64,000 bases of DNA from Minisyncoccia bacterium (GCA_049297775.1 JBAQUX010000009.1:38432-102431); one strand, 5' to 3'; positions 9,309 to 18,923 are shown, counted from the first letter of the stretch. The notes: generated by a model from the letters alone, not told the origin. Made by a program: numbers and translations.

Positions 9309-10393
9309 GTATGCTTTACAAAAAACACGAGTGAAATGAGTACAATAAAGATAACAAGTCCATACCAAATCATATTCACCATAAGTGCAGGGAGTGCTAA
9401 CACAATATATGAGAGTGTTCTGTTCACATCACTCACGGTTGCGTTAAGATTTCTCTTCCATTCATCTGAAATATTTTGCCAATCAATTGCTTGCCACTTA
9501 CTTATGGAAACGGAAAAGCTTGCATACGTAGTTTGGTCAATTTGGTCATCTTTACTTCCAGTCATTTGATGTATTTGCTCCTCAATTGAGAGCTTCTCAT
9601 TACTTAATCGCTCAATCATTGAAAGTTTTTGTGTCACGAGCGAGCCCAAATCAACAACGCGACCGCTCTGCACAGCTGCAGATGTCACGCCTTTGTATGC
9701 AGTCTCAACCTCGATTAATGTCTCTTCGACCGAGGCGAGTCTTCTTTTTAATACCGCTACCCTATCCTCAGTATTTTCAATGTTTTGTGCAACAGTTTGA
9801 ATATGTACTGACCAGTCTTTTGGACCCAGACCTTTTAACACCGATACGATTTCTTCGGCTCTTTTCTTTTCAACTCTAAATGAATATGAGCAATAGTTGT
9901 CAGATTGACTTGCGGAATCAAAAAGTACGTATTCGAGTGGTTTTAACGCTTCGATTTTGGCACAGGTGTCTTTAAGGTGGCGAGTCTCGTACGATGCTGC
10001 GTATCCTTCTTGTTGATACTTCTCTGAATTTCGTGATCCATTTACTGTCTGCATCATCTGAGGAGCAATAATTGCGGGTATGCCCAGTCCTGAATAGCTT
10101 TCATCAGCATACGATGCGTCATACGCACCGCCACCTGCAGATCCGTAGTTCATCCCTTGTTCCATCAGTGATGGTGCTGGCGCCTTCATTGCCATCATTG
10201 CACGTGGTGATGATGACACACCTCCTATAACGGAGCCGAGTCCTCCCCCAAAGGCAAATCTAAATGCGGTGCCGAGAATCGTTATCCCGAGCGCAAGAAT
10301 AAAAAATCCAATACACGCGACAGCAAGTGTCGAAAAGAGTGAGCGCACAGACCATGTCATGTTTTTAAAATATTGAGAAATTTGTTCGTACAT
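9278..10393 (-). CDS. Membrane protein with N- and C-terminal TM helices flanking a coiled-coil region; DUF4349-like architecture
   Basis: N-terminal TM (LAVACIGFFILALGITILG), Gly/Ala-rich linker, central segment YSFRVEKKRAEEIVSVLKGLG...EDRVAVLKRRLASVEETLIEVE resembling DUF4349, C-terminal TM (IWYGLVIFIVLISLVFFV). Confidence 0.4.
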   Translation of the reverse strand: MYEQISQYFKNMTWSVRSLFSTLAVACIGFFILALGITILGTAFRFAFGGGLGSVIGGVSSSPRAMMAMKAPAPSLMEQGMNYGSAGGGAYDASYADESYSGLGIPAIIAPQMMQTVNGSRNSEKYQQEGYAASYETRHLKDTCAKIEALKPLEYVLFDSASQSDNYCSYSFRVEKKRAEEIVSVLKGLGPKDWSVHIQTVAQNIENTEDRVAVLKRRLASVEETLIEVETAYKGVTSAAVQSGRVVDLGSLVTQKLSMIERLSNEKLSIEEQIHQMTGSKDDQIDQTTYASFSVSISKWQAIDWQNISDEWKRNLNATVSDVNRTLSYIVLALPALMVNMIWYGLVIFIVLISLVFFVKHTWALVKRIWN

Positions 10394-10454
10394 AAAATAT
10401 ACTTAAATAATAAGTGACACAAAAAGTATACCACTCCTTTATCGTCACATGATA

Positions 10455-10937
10455 TTATTTAGCAACAATTTTTACAGTCTGAATATTGCTCATAAAGCCA
10501 TGTACTGTCGTTCCCGTTATAAGAACGCACGGTAACTGTACACAAAAAATATTAAACAAAAGTAAATCCAGTGGGAACCACACAGAAATCAATACGGTAG
10601 AAAAACTAAGTGTATACAAAATACTATAGAGCAGATGCTGACGTTTACTAAAGCGCCCCGCGTAATACGTATCCATGATCTTCATGCCGAGACATCGGTC
10701 TTTGAAAAGTGTATACATTGCAAATTCATACAGACCAAAAATTATTACGACCGACCACTTCCAGATAAGATGTGGACCAAAGAATATAAGTATCGGTGTA
10801 GCGAGTCCAAAAACAAAAATTGCGTTCAATAGCGACGGGAGCACTTTTTCAAGTGCATGTGTCGGGACACTGGTGTATTTCTCGCGCGAAAGACATACCA
10901 ATTCATCAATATGGAGCGTCTGTGAGTGATGCCTCAT
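10455..10937 (-). CDS. Hypothetical integral membrane protein (4 predicted TM helices)
   Basis: Hydrophobic segments throughout; start trimmed to an internal Met to avoid 38-nt overlap with the upstream gene. No family recognised. Confidence 0.35.
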   Translation of the reverse strand: MRHHSQTLHIDELVCLSREKYTSVPTHALEKVLPSLLNAIFVFGLATPILIFFGPHLIWKWSVVIIFGLYEFAMYTLFKDRCLGMKIMDTYYAGRFSKRQHLLYSILYTLSFSTVLISVWFPLDLLLFNIFCVQLPCVLITGTTVHGFMSNIQTVKIVAK

Positions 10938-10947
10938 AGAAAATATG

Positions 10948-12030
10948 TTACGCGTCAGGAAATGCTTTTTTAATTTCATCGGCAAGATACGGATTCCACA
11001 TTGCGCCAGTTGCTGACATCACCACATCAGCACCTGCATCCCTGTATTCCTTAAAATCCTGAGGGGTAGTAACTCCACCCACACCAATAATTTCAGTTTT
11101 GGTTCCGAGTGTCGCGCGAGCATGTGCGAGTCGTTTCGTCATATCAAGCCCTGCCCATTTAATTGACGCACCACATACGCCACTCTTCACCCGTTGTGGT
11201 CCCGGGAGTGCCTGCGCACCGTGCGCATTAATAATTGTTGCTTGCACTGTATTAATAGCAGAGACAGCGTCTGCATACTCTGCGGCGAGTCGCATGAGTG
11301 TCTGAATAGACGCATCGTCAGTGTAATACCCTACCTTAAGAATGAGCGGTGTCTCGCCGATTACCGCACGAATACCGCGCACCACTTTTTCAGTCATCTC
11401 AGCGTTGTAACAAACCAACCCTTCATTCCCAATGTTTGGACATGAGAGGTTTACCTCAAGTGCACGCGCACCAGTCTCGTATGCCGCATGTGCTGCCTCT
11501 ACGTAATCAGCAACAAACTCATCTGAAGTCTGACCTTCTTTTACCGTACCCATAAAACTCATAATCATGAGTTGTCCATTTTTCCCTGCAGTGATAGCTT
11601 TTTGCGCATCTACTTGCCACAAATCACGCGGTCGAGACGGCACTCCGAAAGAATTAGTAATAGAAATTGGGTCAGCATAGTGCGTATCTGCAACAAGTGG
11701 CACTCGCGCCTTTTCAAGTGTAAGGGCTCCATCTACATGTACTGAAAGTACGTTCGGGAAGGGATGGCACGGATATTCTGCGCTACGGACAGTTTTGTAT
11801 ACATTTACATCAAAGCCTTTTTCAAAAGCACTCTGTATATATTTACTGTTGAGTAATGGACCCGCTGGGATTCCAAACGGATACTGAATACGTTGCCCAA
11901 GAAATGTAAATCGTGGCTCACTCGCTACTGGAAATACGACGCCATCGGTAAATCCATTGAAAGGACCATACTCAAAGTTATCAAAATACGTTTTTTCTGG
12001 ATCATAAAATGGTGATTGAAACATGTGCAT
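10948..12030 (-). CDS. Dihydroorotate dehydrogenase family protein (class 1 DHOD / dihydropyrimidine dehydrogenase-like TIM-barrel flavoenzyme)
   Basis: GIPAGPLLNSKYIQSAFEKGFDVNVYKTV substrate-site motif, LEVNLSCPNIGNEG (catalytic Cys loop of class-1 DHOD), C-terminal IGVGGVTTPQDFKEYRDAGADVVMSATG FMN-binding motif. Confidence 0.7.
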   Translation of the reverse strand: MHMFQSPFYDPEKTYFDNFEYGPFNGFTDGVVFPVASEPRFTFLGQRIQYPFGIPAGPLLNSKYIQSAFEKGFDVNVYKTVRSAEYPCHPFPNVLSVHVDGALTLEKARVPLVADTHYADPISITNSFGVPSRPRDLWQVDAQKAITAGKNGQLMIMSFMGTVKEGQTSDEFVADYVEAAHAAYETGARALEVNLSCPNIGNEGLVCYNAEMTEKVVRGIRAVIGETPLILKVGYYTDDASIQTLMRLAAEYADAVSAINTVQATIINAHGAQALPGPQRVKSGVCGASIKWAGLDMTKRLAHARATLGTKTEIIGVGGVTTPQDFKEYRDAGADVVMSATGAMWNPYLADEIKKAFPDA

Positions 12031-12074
12031 ATTCTACCGTGCGTAATAAAAAAATCCTAGCAGAATAGGCATTT

Positions 12075-13601
12075 TTGTGGTATGGTCCTTCGCGTATGTC
12101 AAAGTCTATTGAAGCATCAACATCTAACCCCGTCGCTCGCCCACCCGTCATAGTGGTTATGGGTCATGTTGACCATGGAAAGTCATCTCTGCTCGACTAC
12201 ATCCGTAAGAGCAATATTGTGTCTGGCGAGGCTGGTGGTATCACACAACACATAGGTGCGTACGAGGTGGTGCACGAATATGATGGGGCAAAAAGAAAAA
12301 TAACATTTTTGGATACCCCGGGACACGCTGCGTTTACTGCGATTCGTAGCCGTGGCGCAAAAGTTGCTGACATCGGCATTCTTGTTGTTTCAGCAGAAGA
12401 CGGAGTAAAGGCACAGACACTTGAAGCACGTGATTCGATTGAAAAAGCAGGTATCCCCTACGTTGTCGCCATGAACAAAATCGACAAGCCGAATGCTGAC
12501 AAGAACCGAACACACGCATCACTGATTGAGCACGGTATTTATGTAGAAGGTATGGGAGGAACTATTCCATGGATTGGTGTGTCTGCAAAAACCGGTGAAG
12601 GTATTGCTGACCTACTTGATACACTGCTCCTGCTTGCCGATGTGCAAACACTTACCGGCACACACGACGCACTTGCTGAAGGTACCGTTATTGAGGCGCA
12701 CCATGACCCCAAGCGCGGAACTGCAGCTACTATTGTTATAAAGAATGGTACGCTCAAAAAAGGACAATTTGTCTGTGCAGGACGCGCACTTGCACCAGTA
12801 CGTATCATGGAAGATGCATATGGTAAAAATTTGGACAGTGCCACTTTTTCTACGCCCGTACGTCTCATAGGATTTGACGCACTTCCTGAAGTAGGCTCAA
12901 TGATCTCAGTTTGTGATTCAAAAAAAGACGCTGAGGGTATGCGAAAAGAACTCGCCTCTTCTAGTGCCGCACTATGGAGTGATGATGGTGATGCGCGCCT
13001 CCTTATCCCCCTTATTATTAAATGTGACGTCATTGGTTCACTTGAAGCAATAGAGGGTGCCATTGATGCATATACAAATGACCGTGTCATTGTACGCATT
13101 GTGCAAAAAGGTATCGGCGCAATTTCTGAAAATGATTTAAATGTCGCGGGCACTTCACCACATTCCCTCGTAATTGCGTTTAACGTTGGGACCGAAGCAA
13201 CTGCAAAAGACCTTGCGCTTCAAAAAAATATCACCATCAATGAGTTTAATATCATCTACCGTCTCACTGAATGGCTTGGCGAGAAGGTGCAGGAAATGAC
13301 GCCGAAAAAGAAAGAGAAAAAAATTACCGGCATCGCAAAAATCTTAAAACGATTTAGCGAGGCAAAGCATATTAAAACTATTGGTTGCAAAATAATCGAA
13401 GGCTCAATTGAATCAGGTAAAAAAGTTACCATAGACCGGAGAGGCGAGGTTCTCGGTTCGGGCAGTATCGAAACGATACAGGTAGCACGACAAGTAGTGA
13501 CACTCGTCACTGAGGGCAACGAGTGCGGTATGCAGCTAGAAACCGAAGTAGACATACATGAGGGTGACACACTCAGTATCGAAACAACAATAGAAGTTTA
13601 A
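12075..13601 (+). CDS. infB: Translation initiation factor IF-2 (short form, G-domain onwards)
   Basis: G1 [26 protein letters not shown]3 DTPGHAAF, G4 NKID; domain order matches IF-2; 508 aa. Confidence 0.9.
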   Translation: MWYGPSRMSKSIEASTSNPVARPPVIVVMGHVDHGKSSLLDYIRKSNIVSGEAGGITQHIGAYEVVHEYDGAKRKITFLDTPGHAAFTAIRSRGAKVADIGILVVSAEDGVKAQTLEARDSIEKAGIPYVVAMNKIDKPNADKNRTHASLIEHGIYVEGMGGTIPWIGVSAKTGEGIADLLDTLLLLADVQTLTGTHDALAEGTVIEAHHDPKRGTAATIVIKNGTLKKGQFVCAGRALAPVRIMEDAYGKNLDSATFSTPVRLIGFDALPEVGSMISVCDSKKDAEGMRKELASSSAALWSDDGDARLLIPLIIKCDVIGSLEAIEGAIDAYTNDRVIVRIVQKGIGAISENDLNVAGTSPHSLVIAFNVGTEATAKDLALQKNITINEFNIIYRLTEWLGEKVQEMTPKKKEKKITGIAKILKRFSEAKHIKTIGCKIIEGSIESGKKVTIDRRGEVLGSGSIETIQVARQVVTLVTEGNECGMQLETEVDIHEGDTLSIETTIEV

Positions 13602-13611
13602 ATACATCATT

Positions 13612-14088
13612 ATGGATAAAAAAGTACGCCTTGCAGAACACCTTGCTCACCTCGCCGCAGAGTTTTTTAATCGCGAGTCAAACCGCACGTCACTCATTAC
13701 GGTAACACGTGCAGAATTTACTGATCGCATGGCACGTATTACGATTTTTATTTCGGTATTCCCTGAAAAATCAGAAAATGATTCTCTCATTTTTGCAAAA
13801 CGGTATGCAGGAGAGTTTCGTGAATATTTGAAAACTGTCGCACGTATTCAACATTTACCCCACATAGACATGCAATTAGATTACGGTGAGAAAAACAGAC
13901 TACGTCTCGAAGCGCTGACACGTACCATGCCAAAGGAAAATGAAGTGGTTGGTCCAGAGCATAAAAAAGTAAGTGCAGAAAAACCAGCACCAAAGAAGCC
14001 TCGTATAAAAAATAACACATCAAAAAAAGTTCTTGCAAGCATCAAAGCAAAAAAGAATAAGGACGACACAGACGAAGACGACGAGTAG
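13612..14088 (+). CDS. rbfA: Ribosome-binding factor A with Lys-rich C-terminal tail
   Basis: Immediately downstream of infB (conserved synteny). RLAEHLAHLAAEFFNRE...LITVTRAEFTDRMARITIFISV pattern matches RbfA (RV..A..E.....L....D.R.G..TVT.VE.S.DL..A.V.V). Confidence 0.7.
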   Translation: MDKKVRLAEHLAHLAAEFFNRESNRTSLITVTRAEFTDRMARITIFISVFPEKSENDSLIFAKRYAGEFREYLKTVARIQHLPHIDMQLDYGEKNRLRLEALTRTMPKENEVVGPEHKKVSAEKPAPKKPRIKNNTSKKVLASIKAKKNKDDTDEDDE

Positions 14089-14096
14089 TAGCAGTG

Positions 14097-14927
14097 TTAT
14101 TGTGTCACTCCTTTAGGTACCTCAAACCGACACTCGGTATTTGTATAAGTACCTGACAATACTCCTTTGGTACATACTCTCTCCTCACCTTTACACAGCT
14201 CGCCTGGTGGTGCCACAGAATCAAGGAAAAATGTTGCCGATGATCCATTAGAAAGCTTAAGTCCTCCCACGATACATTCTTTTATAGGAAGCATCCGACA
14301 CGCAGTATTAGTGAAGGTACCAGAAAGCACACCATCTGTACATACGCGAACTTGCGCATTACATACTGTTGCGTAGGGTACTTCTGCAGTCTCATAGGTG
14401 TTTATTGATGAGCCATGATTAATCTTTTTTCCAGCAAACGTACAGGACGCAAACGCGGTCGGCGTGCCACTACCACCGGTAAGTTGCTGCGGGAGTGGTT
14501 TCATTACGGTAGAAATATCAACTTGAATATTTTTAGCAGGAGTATTTTTTATTAATAGCGGAGTCGATGCACAGTTTTTTAATAACAGCCGTGTCTTCGG
14601 ACCTGTTGCACCGAAGCCTGTAGTCGCTGGGGCTCCTACTGCGACAAGGCCCTTCTTCTTCTGCCAAGCCTGCAGTGCTTTTTCTGTTGCAGGACCAAAA
14701 TAATTGGTTACTTGCGTACCGACTAATAATTTTTCATTTGTCAGATATTTTTTTAAAGCTATTACTTGTGCATCACGCGTACCGACTGTCAGATACTTTG
14801 TAATAATTGGACACTCAATGGATTGGGCTTCGGCGAAATGAGTAGGGATTGGAATCACACACAGCGAAAACATGAGGACACAGATGCTTCGTATATACAT
14901 ACACATAGTATACGTGGCACACCACAA
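14097..14927 (-). CDS. Secreted protein with N-terminal signal peptide, a putative peptidoglycan-binding-like domain and two C-terminal Cys-containing repeats
   Basis: Signal/TM at N-terminus; KYLTNEKLLVGTQVTNYFGPATEKALQAWQKKKGL resembles PG_binding_1; internal repeat CTDGVLSGTFTNTACRML / CTKGVLSGTYTNTECRFE. Confidence 0.45.
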   Translation of the reverse strand: MWCATYTMCMYIRSICVLMFSLCVIPIPTHFAEAQSIECPIITKYLTVGTRDAQVIALKKYLTNEKLLVGTQVTNYFGPATEKALQAWQKKKGLVAVGAPATTGFGATGPKTRLLLKNCASTPLLIKNTPAKNIQVDISTVMKPLPQQLTGGSGTPTAFASCTFAGKKINHGSSINTYETAEVPYATVCNAQVRVCTDGVLSGTFTNTACRMLPIKECIVGGLKLSNGSSATFFLDSVAPPGELCKGEERVCTKGVLSGTYTNTECRFEVPKGVTQ

Positions 14928-14957
14928 AATACGATTACTATATTGTGTATAGAAATA

Positions 14958-16319
14958 TTATCTACTTCTTCTTGCGGGTATCACGCGGACTTTTACCTGC
15001 TTACTTGTGAGACCGTTTTGATGCATAAAGTCATCTCTCAGACGTTCAGCCTGTAAATGCAGTTGTCCGAAAAGTTGTGCGACCTGCTGTGCGTGAGGTC
15101 CTTTTCGGTAGCCAATTTTTCTCATTATTTTTCTCGTGACGCCCACGCAGAGGCCAATTTTTTTCGCATATGCCCTATCTGCATATTCTGGTACAGGAGT
15201 CGCGACTAAAGATCGCACAGCACTGAGCAATTGCGGACATACCGCTAAGACATATCCTGCAAACATCTCACCTTCGGGAATAAATTTTCCCGCTTCATGT
15301 AAACGTTTTGCCCAAGCAGATTCAGGTAATTCAAGGAACCGATGAAATTGCATTTGACGTTCAATATTTTTATCTTTTGCATCATTCCCTGTTAATGCAG
15401 AAACAAAGCGTAGTGCACCTCGCCCGAATAACTTTTCAATTTCTCGCAAATGCATCATATTGCCCGTAAATTGACCTCGTATCATTTTTTCTCTCTCGGT
15501 AAGAAGCGCTTGTTTGAACGAAATACCTATACCTTCCTTTTGTAATGTTTTTCGACTCTTTTTTGCCATCCGTACAAGCACATCATCTACAAATGACACC
15601 TGCAGTTGATATGAATGGTGGTCTGTATCTACATTAAAGTTATTACTGGCAGGAACCTCCTGTGGTAAATCTTCCTCAATCATACGCAACTCAGACTGAA
15701 TTTTATCTCTAAAGAGATCTATGATGTGAAGGACGGTCATTTCAACAACACCTTCATTGAAGCCAATAAACTGAGATTTCTCATGGCTTTCAACACGGTA
15801 TCCAGTGCGATACACTTGCGGATAATATGTATCTGGGTTTTCTGAAACTCTAAAATTCCTGACACCCACATCGTGAATCGCTTCATGGAGAAGCGTCGTG
15901 AAATGATGATACCCTTTTAATTTTGAATTAACGGTAAGCTTGTCATCATGTGAATGCTGTAGGCCCCATACCTCCTCATCATCTGAGTATGGTGTATTTC
16001 TCTCAATTCTCTCTGGAGCTATTGGCTCAAACGGTAAGCCGATACGAGTAAAATATTTAGCGAGAACCGTATTCACTAGATGAAGCACACGTACAGATTC
16101 ATAATCTGAAATATACGGATTATCGACTCCTGCTGACAGGCGTTCTCTCAGCTCACGGGCGCGTTCATTATTTATAGCTCTCGCCGCAAAGTGTTTACGG
16201 AGCATTCTCGAAACGCCGAGTACGCCCGCACCTTTGCGAGATATGTCTACTATGTCTTCTCGATGTACTTGTCGTGGTGACGATGCGTGTGCTTTTTTTT
16301 CAAAAATACCCATGCGCAT
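14958..16319 (-). CDS. Hypothetical 453-aa protein with an HExxH motif (LLHEAIHDVG); possible zinc-dependent hydrolase, family not recognised
   Basis: Complete ORF with no recognisable domain beyond HEAIH; basic C-terminus; adjacent to tRNA-Leu and the tRNA-Cys repeat region. Confidence 0.35.
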   Translation of the reverse strand: MRMGIFEKKAHASSPRQVHREDIVDISRKGAGVLGVSRMLRKHFAARAINNERARELRERLSAGVDNPYISDYESVRVLHLVNTVLAKYFTRIGLPFEPIAPERIERNTPYSDDEEVWGLQHSHDDKLTVNSKLKGYHHFTTLLHEAIHDVGVRNFRVSENPDTYYPQVYRTGYRVESHEKSQFIGFNEGVVEMTVLHIIDLFRDKIQSELRMIEEDLPQEVPASNNFNVDTDHHSYQLQVSFVDDVLVRMAKKSRKTLQKEGIGISFKQALLTEREKMIRGQFTGNMMHLREIEKLFGRGALRFVSALTGNDAKDKNIERQMQFHRFLELPESAWAKRLHEAGKFIPEGEMFAGYVLAVCPQLLSAVRSLVATPVPEYADRAYAKKIGLCVGVTRKIMRKIGYRKGPHAQQVAQLFGQLHLQAERLRDDFMHQNGLTSKQVKVRVIPARRSR

Positions 16320-16393
16320 ATCGTAACATTACTTAGTATTCTGATGTAATTGACGATGCTTCAGCACAAGTGATGTATGTACTATTCTCTGTG

Positions 16394-16476
16394 TGCCGGG
16401 AGCGGGACTCGAACCCGCAAACCGTTTAAGGTCAAGGATTTTAAGTCCTCCGTGTAAACCATTCCACCATCCCGGC
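16394..16476 (-). tRNA. tRNA-Leu (anticodon TAA), ~83 nt with long variable arm
   Basis: Reverse complement GCCGGGATGGTGGAATGG...GAGGACTTAAAATCCTT...GGTTCGAGTCCCGCTCCCGGCA. Acceptor stem pairs; anticodon loop CTTAAAA gives UAA; long variable arm; T-arm GGTTCGAGTCC. Confidence 0.85.
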
Positions 16477-16585
16477 AAGGTCTGCATATCCTACACCAAA
16501 AAAGGTCAGAGTTGAAGAGCCCTCTGTTACCAATCGTTACCATCCGTTTTGGTACTTATCTGTTACGTGATATATTTCCGCCTAC

Positions 16586-16752
16586 GGTCTGGTGGCGAAG
16601 ACTGGTAGTCGGTCTGCTCAACTAGATTTGTGCGATATGCGTAGTGTCTTAGTTCTTTAGGAAGATATGGTCTGGTGGCGAAGACTGGTAGTCGGTCTGA
16701 CCCAACTAGATTTGTGCGATATGCGTAGTGTCTTAGTTCTTTAGGAAGATAT
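16586..16752 (+). repeat. Two tandem direct repeats (83 and 84 bp, near-identical), each starting with a diverged copy of the 5' ~31 nt of tRNA-Cys (ggtctggtggcgaagactggtagtcggtctg) followed by ~52 nt of unique sequence; directly abuts the intact tRNA-Cys
   Basis: Unit 1 is 16586-16668, unit 2 is 16669-16752. They differ only in ctgctcaactag vs ctgacccaactag. The intact tRNA begins at 16753 with the same ggtctggtggcgaag. Confidence 0.85.
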
Positions 16753-16826
16753 GGTCTGGTGGCGAAGCTGGTCAACGCGTCGGTCTGCAAAACCGATATG
16801 CGCGGGTTCGATCCCCGCCCAGACCT
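16753..16826 (+). tRNA. tRNA-Cys (anticodon GCA), 74 nt, discriminator U
   Basis: GGTCTGG...TCGGTCTGCAAAACCGA...GCGGGTTCGATCCCCGCCCAGACCT. Acceptor GGTCTGG/CCAGACC; anticodon loop CTGCAAA gives GCA; U73 discriminator typical of tRNA-Cys. Confidence 0.85.
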
Positions 16827-16836
16827 CAGTAAAATT

Positions 16837-17409
16837 ATGGAAACAATAAACCCGACGCATCTGTTGTGTGATCTCGATGGCGTTATTATTGTAAAAGACC
16901 TCTATTTCAGTAAACGTTTCAGTGAAGAGTATGGGGTCCCCACAGATTCCGTACAAAGGTTTTTTGCTAATGAATTTCAAGAATGTCTTCGTGGGAAACT
17001 TGATTTAAAAGTTGCTCTCTCCCCATATATTACCGAGTGGGGTGTGCCCATGAGTATTGATGAAATTATTACATACTGGTTTTCACATGAGAGAAAAATT
17101 TCAAACAATATACTCACACAAGTGCATGCACTGCGTAGTACTGGTACAAAAGTCCATATTTCAACAAATAACGAAACGTATCGGGCAGATTACATTTGGA
17201 ATACTTTACAACTCCGTGAATCCTTCGATACCGTGTTTGCATCGGGGCATATTGGTTTTGTAAAACCAGAGCAAGAATTTTGGAGTTACATTTGGAAAAA
17301 ACTAGGAGAACCAGAAAAAAAATCTGTACTTGTATGGGACGACAATAACGACAACATTGCGAGCGCCAGAGCATTTGGTTTTTCTGCGCAGTTAATAGAA
17401 TCGGTATAG
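16837..17409 (+). CDS. HAD-superfamily hydrolase
   Basis: Start trimmed to ATG 16837 (ORF-track start lies inside tRNA-Cys). Motif I LCDLDGVII, motif III-like HISTNNETYRADY, motif IV VWDDNNDNIASARAFG. Confidence 0.7.
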   Translation: METINPTHLLCDLDGVIIVKDLYFSKRFSEEYGVPTDSVQRFFANEFQECLRGKLDLKVALSPYITEWGVPMSIDEIITYWFSHERKISNNILTQVHALRSTGTKVHISTNNETYRADYIWNTLQLRESFDTVFASGHIGFVKPEQEFWSYIWKKLGEPEKKSVLVWDDNNDNIASARAFGFSAQLIESV

Positions 17410-17420
17410 CGAGATACGTA

Positions 17421-17705
17421 CTAAAGGAACACCTCAAGAGACCCACTTCCTCCGTCACGCAATTTTGATTGATTGAAGCGTATGGCGTGCTCACTAAGGT
17501 AATTTTTAACAAAATCTGGGAGCACCGCACCAAACTCGCTGTTCTTACCTTTTCCGACAATAATGCGTACGTGAGCATATTCTTTGTGCGACATCAGATC
17601 ATCGAGCTCGTGCTTGCATTCGCGAGTCGTCATACCATGAAAATCTATGATGATGTCCGGCTCCTGCGGATATTTATTTTTACCCATATCTGCGTAATAG
17701 CTCAT
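17421..17705 (-). CDS. Smr-domain protein (small MutS-related nuclease domain)
   Basis: IIIDFHGMTTREC (DLHG-like), IIVGKGKNSEFGAVL (GKG-HS region), C-terminal GGSGSLEV; 94 aa stand-alone Smr. Confidence 0.6.
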   Translation of the reverse strand: MSYYADMGKNKYPQEPDIIIDFHGMTTRECKHELDDLMSHKEYAHVRIIVGKGKNSEFGAVLPDFVKNYLSEHAIRFNQSKLRDGGSGSLEVFL

Positions 17706-17786
17706 GATACTGTGTTATACACCGCATTTACATAAATTGAAACAGTCGTACTTCACCTTATTACTGTACTTCTGTATACTTATCGT

Positions 17787-18404
17787 ATGGTAGAAATAAT
17801 GAAAGAAGATAGCGCTTGGAAAAAGCATTTGCATTGTATAGATGGTATCTGGTATGCACGAATCAAGCCAGAGACCCGCGGTGTCGCTATTTCAAAACGA
17901 ATGGCCGTAGTGATTCGGGCAGCACTTACTCAAAATGAAAAAATGAACCCGCGCATACCTCCAGGCGAAATAACTAACGAGCGCGAACGGACGTATTTGG
18001 CATATAATTGCCATCGTCTTGCGCACGAATTACGCGGCCTACCTTCAGACGACCTCGACAAAATGAGTCAGTTCCAAGAGTACGTATCTTCTGAAATTTC
18101 AAAACTTATTCAAAACGACAAAAACTTTTGTGGCTTAGACACGCTCGAGTCACAACTTATGACAACAACATTGCCTGTGGTAGTACACATAGCTCGTGAT
18201 ATGAACGATCGCCCATTGCACTCTTTTGTGGTTCTCGGTATGGACGAAAACAAGCAATTTGTCTGCTTCGATAAGCAAGGTGCACTCTACCTGCCATTTC
18301 ATGTACTTAGTCTCAAAAAAATTATTGAAGATTACAATAGAAATAATTACGCAATTATTGTTCCTGACAGTACCGGTCAGCTCGTTGAGACTCTCGAAGC
18401 TTAA
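17787..18404 (+). CDS. Hypothetical protein (205 aa), no recognisable domain
   Basis: Complete ORF between Smr and NUDIX genes; no motif recognised. Confidence 0.3.
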   Translation: MVEIMKEDSAWKKHLHCIDGIWYARIKPETRGVAISKRMAVVIRAALTQNEKMNPRIPPGEITNERERTYLAYNCHRLAHELRGLPSDDLDKMSQFQEYVSSEISKLIQNDKNFCGLDTLESQLMTTTLPVVVHIARDMNDRPLHSFVVLGMDENKQFVCFDKQGALYLPFHVLSLKKIIEDYNRNNYAIIVPDSTGQLVETLEA

Positions 18405-18406
18405 TC

Positions 18407-18919
18407 TTACTGCCCTGACTCTGCTAATAACTGCGGCAGCCACTCACCAAATCCAGGCACAAACTTTTGTGGCGTATCTCGCAATTGTTCAAGTAATTGC
18501 GATTCGGAAAACCATGCGATTTCTGCGACTTCATGCGGTGCACAGACACATTCATTGACAGACACATCCCGCTTAAGAAAAAACCATTGACCGAAATAAT
18601 TACTCTGACTGCTCACTCTGCGCACGAGAGGCCCAGCTGTTATGTCACCCAAGGTAATAGTAAGACCGATTTCTTCGAAAGTTTCCTTTATAATATTTGA
18701 TTCGTATGTCTCACCTGCATCAAGCGTCCCTGCGACTGCAGGTCCCCAGAGTCCTGGATTTATTTCTTTAGTTGGGGAGCGACGTGCAAGGAGTACATCG
18801 CCAACACTATTGGAGAGCCACAATGCTGATACTCGATATATATCCTCAGGCACAAGCAACGACCGATCTTTTACACCGATTTCAATATTTTGTTCGTTCA
18901 CAATAATTATTTCAGTCAT
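18407..18919 (-). CDS. NUDIX hydrolase
   Basis: Nudix box GTLDAGETYESNIIKETFEEIGL (Gx5Ex7[RK]ExxEExG). Start trimmed to internal Met (MTEIIIVNEQ) so as not to overlap the upstream IMPase gene. Confidence 0.7.
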   Translation of the reverse strand: MTEIIIVNEQNIEIGVKDRSLLVPEDIYRVSALWLSNSVGDVLLARRSPTKEINPGLWGPAVAGTLDAGETYESNIIKETFEEIGLTITLGDITAGPLVRRVSSQSNYFGQWFFLKRDVSVNECVCAPHEVAEIAWFSESQLLEQLRDTPQKFVPGFGEWLPQLLAESGQ

Positions 18920-18923
18920 AGCA

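Noticed and set aside
12197-13570. Minus-strand ORFs antisense to infB (for example 12539-13153 of 204 aa, and 13256-13570)
   Set aside because: They are embedded in the conserved IF-2 coding sequence. The composition is Ser/Ala/Pro/Cys-rich antisense junk with no motifs.
16586-16752. CRISPR array
   Set aside because: Only two directly abutting repeat units with no intervening unique spacers. The units carry tRNA-derived sequence. No cas genes are in the window.
16563-16790. 75-aa minus-strand ORF with internally repeated peptide (FATRPYLPKELRHYAYRTNLV x2)
   Set aside because: It is simply the translation of the 83-84 bp tandem DNA repeat and the 5' end of tRNA-Cys read on the opposite strand. 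There is no start context, and the repeated peptide is an artefact of the DNA repeat.
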